From a virus (lineage: Duplodnaviria; Caudoviricetes): 64,000 nucleotides of DNA. The first letter of the stretch is position 1, and each line of letters begins with the position of its first letter. This document shows positions 32,505 to 42,581 of this stretch, one piece after another. Both the position numbers and the translations under genes were made by a program. The stretch lies in the IMG/VR virus record IMGVR_UViG_3300017764_000001; one strand, 5' to 3'. The notes beneath the pieces are model-generated. The model was not told where the DNA came from and made no database searches. It was given only the letters and a program-made list of their open reading frames with translations.

Positions 32505-35500
32505 ATGGCACAAAAAACTAACTTAAATATAAATCCATATTATGATGATTTTGATTCTGCAAAGAATTATCAAAAAGTTTTATATAAACCAGGATTTCCA
32601 GTACAGGCAAGAGAACTAACAACTTCTCAATCAATTCTCCAAAATCAATTAGAATCTTTTGGCACTAATATATTCAAGGATGGATCAATTGTTGTTCCAG
32701 GATCTATTGCATATGATAATAATTATTATTCGGTTAAATTAAAACCGTCTAATTTTGGTATTGATATATCTCTTTATATAAAGAATTTCATAGGAAAAAA
32801 AATAATAGGACAGACTTCTGGTGTAGAAGGTAAAGTAAGATTTGTTCTTTTACCAGAGGAGGATAGTAGAGTAGATGATGTCACAATATATGTGAGTTAT
32901 GATACCAGTGGAAATGATTTTAGTCAAACATTTTTTGCTGATGGTGAAGAAATTATTTGTACTGAAAATATTACATATGGTCTTACAACCATTAATGCAG
33001 GAGAAGTTTTTGCATCTTTATCCACGTCAGATGCAACTTCTATTGGCAGTGCCGCATTTATAACAAAAGGTGTGTATTTTGTTAGAGGATACTTTGTAAA
33101 CGTCAGTGAGCAAAAAATAGTATTAGATCCTTATACAAATAATTCTTCTTATAGAGTTGGATTAAAAGTTGATGAAAATATCATTACAGCAAAAGATGAT
33201 GAAACTTTATTCGACAATGCAAAAGGTTTTAGTAATTTTGCAGCACCAGGTGCTGATCGATTCCAAATTTTATTAACTCTTATAAAAAAAGATATAACTG
33301 ACGGTGATGATACCGACTTTATCGAATTAATGCGTATCGATAGAGGCCAAATTAAAAAAATTCAAACAAAGAGTGAATATAATAAAATCAGAGATTATAT
33401 TGCTGATAGAACGTTTGATGAATCGGGTAATTATGCTGTCAATCCATTTACCGTTTCTGTATTTAACTCATTAAATAATGGATTAGGTAATGGTGGATTA
33501 TATTACCCACAAGAACTTACAGAACAACAAAATACTCCAGATGATGATTTGATGTGTGTCAAAATATCAAGTGGTAGAGCATATGTTGGTGGATATGATG
33601 TAGATAAAATTGGAACAACTGTTTTAGATATTGAAAAACCAAGAGATGTTGGAATTCGTAGTGACATTTCTCTTGGATATGAGTTGGGTAATATACTTAA
33701 AGTAAATACAGTTTCTGGTTTACCTGGACAAGCATCAGTTATACAAATATATAATAATTTTAATGGAACCGGAGATATTATTGGAAGTGCTAGAGTTTAC
33801 AGTTTTAATCTTGAAGATGCAAACTATGAAAATGATGCCACAATATGGGATCTGAGACTATTTGATCTTCAAACTTACACTAGTATTACTTTAAATCAGG
33901 CTGTTAGTGATTCTGAGGTAAGAGAAGGATCTCTTATAAAGGGAAAAAATAGTGGAGCAAAGGGATTTGCTGTAGGTGCAGGTGGAAATTCTACTTCAGT
34001 TAACGTTGTTCAAACATCTGGAACCTTCCATAAAGGAGAGCAAATTGAAATAGATGGATCAAGTGATATTCCTAGAACGATTGGTGTTGCGACAGCATAT
34101 AATACACAAAACATCAAATCTGTTAAGGAAGGAAGCACATTTAGTGCTAATAGTGTTTTAGAAAGATTTGGAATTCCAAATGGAATTAGAGAGGTAACCA
34201 TTAATGATAATGTCGTCCGTGCAGGTGGAAACAAGGCATTTACAGGATTAAGAGTTGGTTCTATTGTTCGATATCAAAGAGCAGGAATTAATACGGAAAC
34301 ATATAATAAGGTTGATAGTATTGCCTCTGATGGTTTATCAATGACTCTTGCAGCTATTGCTACTGATATTCCAGGTGTTTATGATGGAAATTTACCTGGA
34401 GTTGGTACGACTATATCGACAGTAATGTTTGCTGGTGCTCCTATTGTAAGAGGTTCTGGGCAATTATTTGTACCTCTTGCCAATAGAAATGTATCTTCAG
34501 TTGATTTATCTAATTCAGAATTTAAAATGTCCAGAATTATATCTGGAGTAGATGGGTCTTCTGGACAAATTACTTTAGGTAATGCAGATATTAGTGATCT
34601 TCCTAATGCTAGTTATGAAACTTTTGATGCTGAAAGATATTCAATTGCAAACAGTAGTAATGATATTATTCCTATTACTGCAAGTACCAGAAATGCAGAT
34701 GGATCACAAATTATCCTTAATGCTGCAGCGGGTAGTGGTGCCAAAGTATCAGTATCTTTAAGTAAAAAAGGTCTTCTTAGTAAAGAAAAATCTTTCTCCA
34801 GAAGCACAAAAGTTACAGTATCCAAATCTAAAAATCAAAGTTCTGGTTCTAATAATGATGGGAATAGTTCCATTGCAAATGGATTAACATATGATAGTAA
34901 TCATATATATGGAACTAGAGTAGAAGATGAGGAAATATGTATAAATTATCCAGATGCTGTTAAACTCATAGCAGTTTTTGAATCTACAGATTCATCTGCT
35001 CCAACTTTTGATACTTTATCATTTGATAGTGCATTAGATGTTAATAATAATGCAATAGTCGGTGAAAATATAAAATCTTTGGATGGAAAAATTATATCTA
35101 GAATTGTCGGAAAAACTACAGATAAAGTAGATGTAGTGTATCTTTCGTCAAATAGATTTGATCAATTTGATGATGTAGTATTTGAAGATTCAAATATAGA
35201 GGGTGAAATTAAAGCACAAACGGAAGGGAGATATAAAGATATAACGAGTTCTTTTACTTTGGATAAAGGACAAAGAGAAGAATATTATGATTATTCTAGA
35301 ATTGTTAGAAATAGGGGGGTATCATCTCCATCTAGACAAATAACAATTGTTTTTGATCATTATGAAGTGCCTGCAGGAGATAATGGAGATGCTTTTACAG
35401 TATTAAGTTATGATCAAGATAGATTTAGAACTGATGTGCCTTCAATAGGTGTGGATCTATTCAGAGCTTCTGATACAATTGATTTTAGACCAAGAGTCCC

Positions 35501-38500
35501 TACATATGATCCAAGTAGTGCAACTGTTTCTCCATTCCATTTCTCTTCGAGAACATTTAACGATTCAACCATTACTAGATTCTTAGTTCCTGAAGAAACT
35601 TTAAGAGTTGGATATGAATTTTATTTACCCAGAATTGATAAACTTTTATTGAATAAACATGGAAAATTTGTTTATAAAAAAGGTATTTCTGCAGAATCAC
35701 CAAAATCTCCCATAACAGGAGATGATAAAATAATGGAAATAGCAACAATTAGTTTGCCCCCATTTCTTTATACACCACAAAGTGCGTTTATTTCTGAGAG
35801 AGATAATAGAAGATATACAATGAGAGATATTGGTAGACTTGATAATAGACTTACCAATTTAGAAGAAACGACATCTCTTTCTTTATTGGAATTAGATGCC
35901 AAGAGTTTGCAAATACGTGATAGTAATAATCTAGATAGATTTAAAACCGGATTTTTCGTAGATGCATTTAGAGATTATAATTTTATTAATCCAGTTCTTT
36001 CTAGTATTGATGTAAATCCAGAAGAAAATTATATCACCCCATTTTTAACAAGAGATACATTGACCATGCAGATAGCTCCTGCAAATAATATAACACCAGA
36101 ACTATTAGATTTTGCAACTGATTTTGAATTACTTGATTCTAATGTTAAAAAAACAGGAAATGCTATCACCTTAAATTATGAGGAGGTTTCTTGGATTGAA
36201 CAACCTAAAGCCACTGAAACTGAAAATGTCAATCCTTTTGAGCAACCTGCTTTATCTGGAAGTGTTGAATTAACTCCTCAAACGGATTATTGGAGTAGAA
36301 CAGAACAATTGGACGGTGGAATCACACAAGTAACAGGGAAAGACACATCAAGAAAATTAAAAAATAAAATAGATCTGGGTGAAAAAACACTTGATTTGGG
36401 TAATGTTATTACTTCTCAAACAGAGTCTACAACAACTGAAAGAATACAAGGATCTGGTAATGATACTCGTACTTCAGAAACAACTATAACAGATCTTGAT
36501 ACTATTAGTGATAGCATCAAATTAAAAGGAAAATCAAAAGATTCTGTGACTTTTAGTAATACAGATACCTGGTTCAGAAATGAATTAATTTCTTCTGGTG
36601 ATGAAGATTTTATGAGATCCAGAAATACTGAATTTAAAGGTTATGGTTTTGGGGCATTTACACAAGTATATGGATTTTTGGATTCACAAAAACCAATTAT
36701 TGTTCCAAAACTTATAGAAATATCTACATCTAAAGGTGGAGAAACTGATGGTTCTGTAGGATCTTTCACTAAAGGAGAAACTGTCCTTGTGTATGATCCT
36801 GTAGACACAAATAGAGTTATAGGAAAATTTAGATTATGTTCACCAGATCATAAAAATGGTCCTTTCGCAAATCCTACCGAAACTTATTTGTCAAATCCAT
36901 CTAGTCATGGTAACATTGAACTTGGAGAAAATTATACTTCCTCCACACCAGTAATAAATGTCGATACAAGAGCTCTTTCAGAAAGAGCACAAGGTAGTTA
37001 TTTTGGATATGTAAAGAAAAATTCCTTAATTAAAGGTGAATCAAGTGGTGCATCAGCATTTGTTAAAGGTGATATAAGATTACTTACAGATGTTTTTGGA
37101 GATATAACTGGAACTTTCTTTATTGAAGATCCATATGGTACACCACCACCTGAAATTAGATTCAGAACTGGATCTACAGAATTTACAATTACTACTAGTG
37201 AAAATAATGGTCAAGCTTTACCAGGTCAACAAATTTTTGAAGATGAAAATGGAAACAAAAAACCATTAGTAAGAGCTTCATCAACATATGAAACTGGAGG
37301 AACACTTGATCAGTGGGAAGAGCAAGAATTTATCAGACAAGATACTACAACAATTAATTCTGTAGTTAAAGTTACGGGTAGAGTTAATGCTACATTAACC
37401 ACACAAAGTCAACATACACACATTGAAGAGACAGAATATTTTGATCCTGTAGCACAAACATTTGTTGTTGGTGGTAATGTTGAAGCACCCTCTGCGGTTA
37501 ATCAAAACGATGATACTGATGGAGCATTTATAACTGCTGTTGAAGTATTTTTTGCAACTGTCGATGAATCAGAATCTGTAACATGTCAGATAAGAACTGT
37601 AACTGGTGACGACAGACCTTCAAGATTAGTTTTAGCAGAAAAAACACTAAGACCAAAAATTGCAAAAGGTGGTGTAATAGTTGATAACATATTAACCTCT
37701 GACGATGCTTCTGTGGGAACAAAATTCACTTTTGATGAACCAGTATATCTTGCACCTGGCACTGCTTATGCTGTTGTTTTAGTTGCAGCAAAATCTATAA
37801 ATTATACAGTTTGGTTAGCAAATCAGGGAGATAAAATTGTTAATCCAGAAGCTTCTAGTGCTGCACTTACCGAAAACTTTAGTGTATCTGGTAATGAAGT
37901 AGTTGAACAAGCACAGTATACAACACAATATGCATTAGGTGCTTTCTTCAGATCACAAAATGGTGGTTTGTGGACAGAGAATCAAAGACAAGATCTTACA
38001 TTTAGACTTTACAAGGCAAAATTTACTTCTCAGACCGGAAGTGCATTATTTAACAATCCAGAATTGGATGAAAGTAATGATTATGTCAAGAGATTAAATA
38101 ATAATCCTGTTAGAACATTGTCAAAAACAGGAAAAATTGGTATTACAACATCTGGTAGTTTATCTTCGACACTTGTTGCCGGAAGAAAGATTGCATCTCC
38201 AGACACAAATAAAGTTGGAAGTGCCGTAATTACTGGTTCTGGAGGAGAAGCAACAACTCCATCGGTTGTGTCTGGACTAGGTGGAAAAAATTATGTTACT
38301 GATAGTGAAGTGGAAACTTTCACCATTGCAGGAAAAGGAACAGGATTAAAATTAAATATCTCTTCCGTAGATTCCAATGGTGCAATTACCGGAGTCTCTG
38401 TTGTAGCAGATTCTGAGGGTTTTGGATATCAAGTCGGTGATGTGGTTGGTATTGTGACAAGTACAGTTACTGGTGCCACCGGATCTGGAGCACAGATAAA

Positions 38501-40031
38501 AATTGGAGGAGTTAATCAACGTAATATGATATTTGTAGATAATATACAAGGTGATACACAGTTTTCAAATCAACTTGGACAAAATCTATTTTATTATGCT
38601 AATGATGGAACTATTACAGATGCGTCTCTGGATATTTTATCAGTGTCTTTTGATGGTGGGGTAAATAGTGGAAATTATTTAAAAGTTGATCATTTCAATC
38701 ATGGAATGTATTCTTCAACTAATAAAGTTAAGTTGATTGGTATAAAACCAAATACAAATTCAACTACAATTACTACTGATTTACTTGATACTACGACTGG
38801 TTCAGTTGCTGTTGCTTCAACTGATGGATTTGGTAACTTTGAAGGATTATCAGTTAGTGGCACTAATCCAGGATATGCCATTATCAATAATGAAATTGTC
38901 AAATATACCGCTGTCGCAACAAATGCAATAATTATTGCTTCAGATGGTAGGGGGGAAGAAAATACGAGTTCCTCTGGACATGATTCTGGTGATGTCATTA
39001 GAAAATATGAATTAAATGGAATTTCATTAAGAAGAATAAACAATGTAACTCATACAGTTTCTTCATTAGGTCTAGAACCTGATAGTTATCATGTTGAAAT
39101 TGATAGAACAAGCACTTATGGTGTTGCTAGAAATGCAGATACGGCAGATTTGTCTCAGGTGTCATTTACATCCGACGAATTTGCCGGTGGAGATAATGTA
39201 TTATCATCCGAAAATATCTTATTTAATGCGATAACTCCATCTTTTGATATTCTCACTCCTACTGGAGGAAATGAAAGTGTATTTACTAGTGCATCTGCAT
39301 CTGTAAGAACAACAACCGGAACAAGTATCAGTGGAAATGAAGGATCATTCGTTGATAGTGGTTATGAAGATATATCTATAAACAGATATAATACATTAAG
39401 AAGTGTTAGAATGGTTGCTTCTAAGGTAAATGAAGATCAGTATTTAACAAACCTACCTAGAAATAAATCTTTTTCTACTAATATAGTTTTATCATCCAAT
39501 AGTGAAAATTTATCTCCTATAATTTATTTAAATGATGGTTCAAAGGTAGAATTTATTAATCATAGATTAAATCGACCACTTGATTTGGATGGTTATAGTT
39601 CAAGTTCTATTATTAAATCAGTAAGTGAAAAAGATCCCCATGCTTCAGTATATGTTTCTCAAGATGTATTTCTTAGACAACCATCAACATCATTAAAACT
39701 TATCATTGCGGCTTATCGTCATGAGTCTTCGGACTTTAGAGTTGCTTATAAATTAATCAGAAAGGATTCAACTTCTGTAGAGCAAACGTTTGAATTATTC
39801 CCCGGATTCAAAAACTTAACTAGTAGTGGAACTGTTATTGATCCTACAAAAAATGATGGAAGACCTGATACTTTTGTTCCACCAAATTCTGATGGGGAAT
39901 TTAGTGAATATATATTTACCGCAAATGATTTAGATGAATTTGTCGGATATTCTATAAAGATAATGATGAATGGAACAAATCAGGCATATTATCCAAAGAT
40001 CAAAGATTTGAGAACCATTGCACTAGCTTGA
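32505..40031 (+). CDS. large virion structural protein, DUF4815/VrlC-like, 2508 aa
   Basis: N-terminal NLNINPYYDDFD...VLYKPGFPVQARELTTSQSILQNQ, APGADRF, RTFDESGNY, RRYTMRDIG. Confidence 0.85.
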   Translation: MAQKTNLNINPYYDDFDSAKNYQKVLYKPGFPVQARELTTSQSILQNQLESFGTNIFKDGSIVVPGSIAYDNNYYSVKLKPSNFGIDISLYIKNFIGKKIIGQTSGVEGKVRFVLLPEEDSRVDDVTIYVSYDTSGNDFSQTFFADGEEIICTENITYGLTTINAGEVFASLSTSDATSIGSAAFITKGVYFVRGYFVNVSEQKIVLDPYTNNSSYRVGLKVDENIITAKDDETLFDNAKGFSNFAAPGADRFQILLTLIKKDITDGDDTDFIELMRIDRGQIKKIQTKSEYNKIRDYIADRTFDESGNYAVNPFTVSVFNSLNNGLGNGGLYYPQELTEQQNTPDDDLMCVKISSGRAYVGGYDVDKIGTTVLDIEKPRDVGIRSDISLGYELGNILKVNTVSGLPGQASVIQIYNNFNGTGDIIGSARVYSFNLEDANYENDATIWDLRLFDLQTYTSITLNQAVSDSEVREGSLIKGKNSGAKGFAVGAGGNSTSVNVVQTSGTFHKGEQIEIDGSSDIPRTIGVATAYNTQNIKSVKEGSTFSANSVLERFGIPNGIREVTINDNVVRAGGNKAFTGLRVGSIVRYQRAGINTETYNKVDSIASDGLSMTLAAIATDIPGVYDGNLPGVGTTISTVMFAGAPIVRGSGQLFVPLANRNVSSVDLSNSEFKMSRIISGVDGSSGQITLGNADISDLPNASYETFDAERYSIANSSNDIIPITASTRNADGSQIILNAAAGSGAKVSVSLSKKGLLSKEKSFSRSTKVTVSKSKNQSSGSNNDGNSSIANGLTYDSNHIYGTRVEDEEICINYPDAVKLIAVFESTDSSAPTFDTLSFDSALDVNNNAIVGENIKSLDGKIISRIVGKTTDKVDVVYLSSNRFDQFDDVVFEDSNIEGEIKAQTEGRYKDITSSFTLDKGQREEYYDYSRIVRNRGVSSPSRQITIVFDHYEVPAGDNGDAFTVLSYDQDRFRTDVPSIGVDLFRASDTIDFRPRVPTYDPSSATVSPFHFSSRTFNDSTITRFLVPEETLRVGYEFYLPRIDKLLLNKHGKFVYKKGISAESPKSPITGDDKIMEIATISLPPFLYTPQSAFISERDNRRYTMRDIGRLDNRLTNLEETTSLSLLELDAKSLQIRDSNNLDRFKTGFFVDAFRDYNFINPVLSSIDVNPEENYITPFLTRDTLTMQIAPANNITPELLDFATDFELLDSNVKKTGNAITLNYEEVSWIEQPKATETENVNPFEQPALSGSVELTPQTDYWSRTEQLDGGITQVTGKDTSRKLKNKIDLGEKTLDLGNVITSQTESTTTERIQGSGNDTRTSETTITDLDTISDSIKLKGKSKDSVTFSNTDTWFRNELISSGDEDFMRSRNTEFKGYGFGAFTQVYGFLDSQKPIIVPKLIEISTSKGGETDGSVGSFTKGETVLVYDPVDTNRVIGKFRLCSPDHKNGPFANPTETYLSNPSSHGNIELGENYTSSTPVINVDTRALSERAQGSYFGYVKKNSLIKGESSGASAFVKGDIRLLTDVFGDITGTFFIEDPYGTPPPEIRFRTGSTEFTITTSENNGQALPGQQIFEDENGNKKPLVRASSTYETGGTLDQWEEQEFIRQDTTTINSVVKVTGRVNATLTTQSQHTHIEETEYFDPVAQTFVVGGNVEAPSAVNQNDDTDGAFITAVEVFFATVDESESVTCQIRTVTGDDRPSRLVLAEKTLRPKIAKGGVIVDNILTSDDASVGTKFTFDEPVYLAPGTAYAVVLVAAKSINYTVWLANQGDKIVNPEASSAALTENFSVSGNEVVEQAQYTTQYALGAFFRSQNGGLWTENQRQDLTFRLYKAKFTSQTGSALFNNPELDESNDYVKRLNNNPVRTLSKTGKIGITTSGSLSSTLVAGRKIASPDTNKVGSAVITGSGGEATTPSVVSGLGGKNYVTDSEVETFTIAGKGTGLKLNISSVDSNGAITGVSVVADSEGFGYQVGDVVGIVTSTVTGATGSGAQIKIGGVNQRNMIFVDNIQGDTQFSNQLGQNLFYYANDGTITDASLDILSVSFDGGVNSGNYLKVDHFNHGMYSSTNKVKLIGIKPNTNSTTITTDLLDTTTGSVAVASTDGFGNFEGLSVSGTNPGYAIINNEIVKYTAVATNAIIIASDGRGEENTSSSGHDSGDVIRKYELNGISLRRINNVTHTVSSLGLEPDSYHVEIDRTSTYGVARNADTADLSQVSFTSDEFAGGDNVLSSENILFNAITPSFDILTPTGGNESVFTSASASVRTTTGTSISGNEGSFVDSGYEDISINRYNTLRSVRMVASKVNEDQYLTNLPRNKSFSTNIVLSSNSENLSPIIYLNDGSKVEFINHRLNRPLDLDGYSSSSIIKSVSEKDPHASVYVSQDVFLRQPSTSLKLIIAAYRHESSDFRVAYKLIRKDSTSVEQTFELFPGFKNLTSSGTVIDPTKNDGRPDTFVPPNSDGEFSEYIFTANDLDEFVGYSIKIMMNGTNQAYYPKIKDLRTIALA

Positions 40032-40032
40032 T

Positions 40033-40233
40033 ATGATTAGAGTAGAAGGACATTCAAATTTATATCGTGATGAAAAAACAGGAGCCATAGTTAATATGGA
40101 TACTGTTGGATATCAAAATTATTTGAATTCTTCTAAAATTGCTAAACAAGAAAAAAAAGATATTGATAATATGAAAAAAGATATTGAAGATATTAAAGGT
40201 GCTCTAAAGGAAATTTTGAATAGACTTACATAA
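40033..40233 (+). CDS. small conserved coiled-coil protein
   Basis: MIRVEGHSNLYRDEKTGAIVN plus C-terminal heptads. Confidence 0.8.
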   Translation: MIRVEGHSNLYRDEKTGAIVNMDTVGYQNYLNSSKIAKQEKKDIDNMKKDIEDIKGALKEILNRLT

Positions 40234-40276
40234 ATACATCCCTAAATACTAATTAGATAACAATATATTGAAGTAA

Positions 40277-40624
40277 ATGGCTGCTGTATATGTTAGTAAT
40301 ATTGTAATTAACCAAGGAGCTGATTTTTCTCAAGTTTTTAATCTGGCTGATGCCTCAAATGATAGTATTGATTTAACGAATTATGCGCTCACGGCACAAA
40401 TGAGGAAACACGCTGGTAGCAGTGTAAGTCATAATCTCAATCCAACGGTAGTGCAACCACCAACAAGTGGTGGAGTTAGAATAACTCTGACTGATGTTCA
40501 AACAGCTGCATTAAAACCTGGTAGATATGTTTATGATGTTTTAATTGCAGATGATAGTGGATCTGGAACTAAAACGAGAGTTGTTGAAGGTTCTGCAATC
40601 GTCCGGGAGGGAGTAACCAGATAA
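40277..40624 (+). CDS. virion structural protein (BppU-like beta-sandwich)
   Basis: NIVINQGADFSQVF...LTDVQTAALKPGRYVYDVLI...RVVEG. Late-promoter-like TAAATA boxes upstream. Confidence 0.75.
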   Translation: MAAVYVSNIVINQGADFSQVFNLADASNDSIDLTNYALTAQMRKHAGSSVSHNLNPTVVQPPTSGGVRITLTDVQTAALKPGRYVYDVLIADDSGSGTKTRVVEGSAIVREGVTR

Positions 40625-41742
40625 TGGCAGATATAAAAGTTCGTATTGGACAATCAGATGCTATTAAGGTAACCTCTACTGGACTCCAGAGGGGTGATAT
40701 CGCATTTAGTGTTAGTGGTGGTACTGCTAATGTAACTCAGTTAGATGTTTCTGGTCAGAGTGGTTTAAATAATTTAAGTTTAACTGGTATAGCAACTTTT
40801 AAACCAGACACCTTTGGTGCCACTGGAATTATTATTGATGGGATAAATGAGCAATTAAATATTGGAACCGGAGTAACAATTACTTCAAATTCTTTATTAA
40901 TTGGTGGTCCGGTAAGTTTTGATTCATTACTTGTTACTGGAATATCAACAATTAACTCTAGTGGTGGAATTACAACCACTGGTGGTGATTTATTTGTAGG
41001 TAGTGATTTATTTGTAAAAGATAATTTAAAAGTAGAAGGAACATCAGAACTTATTGGTGTCACTACTTTAAGAGGAGGAACAATAACTCTCGGTGATGCT
41101 GATACCGATAATATTAATGTTGGTGGTGAATTTATATCCAATTTAATTCCAAATTCAAATAACATATATTCTTTAGGATCTGCAACTAAGCAGTGGTCAG
41201 ATCTTAGAGTAGTTAGTTTAAACGTAAGTGGTTCAACATCATTAGTTGGTAATGTAACACTTCAAAATAATTTAGTTATAAATCAAAATGCATCCATTGG
41301 AGGAATAACAACATTTTCAAATATCCAAGATAATACTCTTGGAAATGTAGATAGTGGTGCTGTTCAACTTGATGGTGGATTAGGTGTTGCTAAAAATGTA
41401 ACTGTAGGTGGTGGATTATCTGTAACAGGTAATTCATTTTTTATTGGTGAGGTTACATTTTCTTCCGGAACCAATGGAACTATCAGCATTGGTGATAGTA
41501 TTGGAGATAATGTTGTATTTAATGCTGATGTAAATTCTAGTTTCATACCCAATATAAATGATACATATGATTTGGGGTCAAGTTCTCAAAAATGGAAAAA
41601 TTTATTTTTATCAAGTAATGCCGGAATAGGAAGTTTACATGTTGCCGGAGTGTCTACATATGTTGGAGTGGCAACTTTCCAAAGTAATGTATTTGTTGAT
41701 GGAACATTAACTGCCGGACTCATAGATGGAGGTTCATTCTGA
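40624..41742 (+). CDS. fibre-like virion protein upstream of the neck genes
   Basis: 372 aa, Gly/Ser/Thr/Val-rich, ending IDGGSF. Position analogous to T4 wac. Confidence 0.7.
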   Translation: MADIKVRIGQSDAIKVTSTGLQRGDIAFSVSGGTANVTQLDVSGQSGLNNLSLTGIATFKPDTFGATGIIIDGINEQLNIGTGVTITSNSLLIGGPVSFDSLLVTGISTINSSGGITTTGGDLFVGSDLFVKDNLKVEGTSELIGVTTLRGGTITLGDADTDNINVGGEFISNLIPNSNNIYSLGSATKQWSDLRVVSLNVSGSTSLVGNVTLQNNLVINQNASIGGITTFSNIQDNTLGNVDSGAVQLDGGLGVAKNVTVGGGLSVTGNSFFIGEVTFSSGTNGTISIGDSIGDNVVFNADVNSSFIPNINDTYDLGSSSQKWKNLFLSSNAGIGSLHVAGVSTYVGVATFQSNVFVDGTLTAGLIDGGSF

Positions 41743-42581
41743 TGGCAAAACCAAGTACCAGACAAGAGTTAATTGATTATTCTCTCAGGAGACTTGGTGC
41801 TCCAATATTAGAAATCAATGTTGATGATGATCAAATAGATGATTTAGTAGATGATGCCATACAATTTTATAATGAGAGACATTATGATGGTGTCGAAAGA
41901 ATGTATCTCAAATATAAAATTACCCAGGAAGATATTGATAGGGGAAGAGCAGGTGGTGCTGGTGGAGTTGGTATAGCAACAACCTCTGCTACTTCTACTA
42001 TTGTTGGATCGGCAACTACGTTTAGTTTTTACGAAAATTCAAATTATCTTCAAGTTCCAGATTCAGTAGTTGGTGTCGAAAAAATATTTAAATTTGATAC
42101 TAGTTCCATTTCTGGTGGAATGTTTAGTATTAAATATCAGTTATTTTTAAACGATTTATATTATTTCAATTCTGTTGAATTACTGCAATATTCTATGGTC
42201 AAAACTTATCTCGAAGATATTGATTTTCTTTTAACTACGGATAAGCAAGTTAGATTTAATAAAAGACAAGATAGATTGTACTTAGATTTTGACTGGAGTG
42301 CTCAAGAAAAAGATACATATTTGGTAATTGATTGTTATCGAGCACTTGATCCAGCAAACTTTAATCAAGTTTATAATGATAGTTTTGTAAAGCAATATCT
42401 TACAGCACTCATTAAGAGGCAGTGGGGTCAAAACTTAATTAAATTCAGAGGTGTTAAACTTCCAGGAGGAATTGAACTAAATGGTAGAGAAATTTATGAG
42501 GATGCTGAAAGAGAGATAGATACTCTTAGATCCAGAATGATGCAAGATTATGAATTACCACCTTACGACTTTATTGGATAA
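41742..42581 (+). CDS. gp13: neck protein gp13
   Basis: RQELIDYSLRRLGAPILEINV, KRQWGQNLIKF, LPGGIELNG. Confidence 0.95.
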   Translation: MAKPSTRQELIDYSLRRLGAPILEINVDDDQIDDLVDDAIQFYNERHYDGVERMYLKYKITQEDIDRGRAGGAGGVGIATTSATSTIVGSATTFSFYENSNYLQVPDSVVGVEKIFKFDTSSISGGMFSIKYQLFLNDLYYFNSVELLQYSMVKTYLEDIDFLLTTDKQVRFNKRQDRLYLDFDWSAQEKDTYLVIDCYRALDPANFNQVYNDSFVKQYLTALIKRQWGQNLIKFRGVKLPGGIELNGREIYEDAEREIDTLRSRMMQDYELPPYDFIG

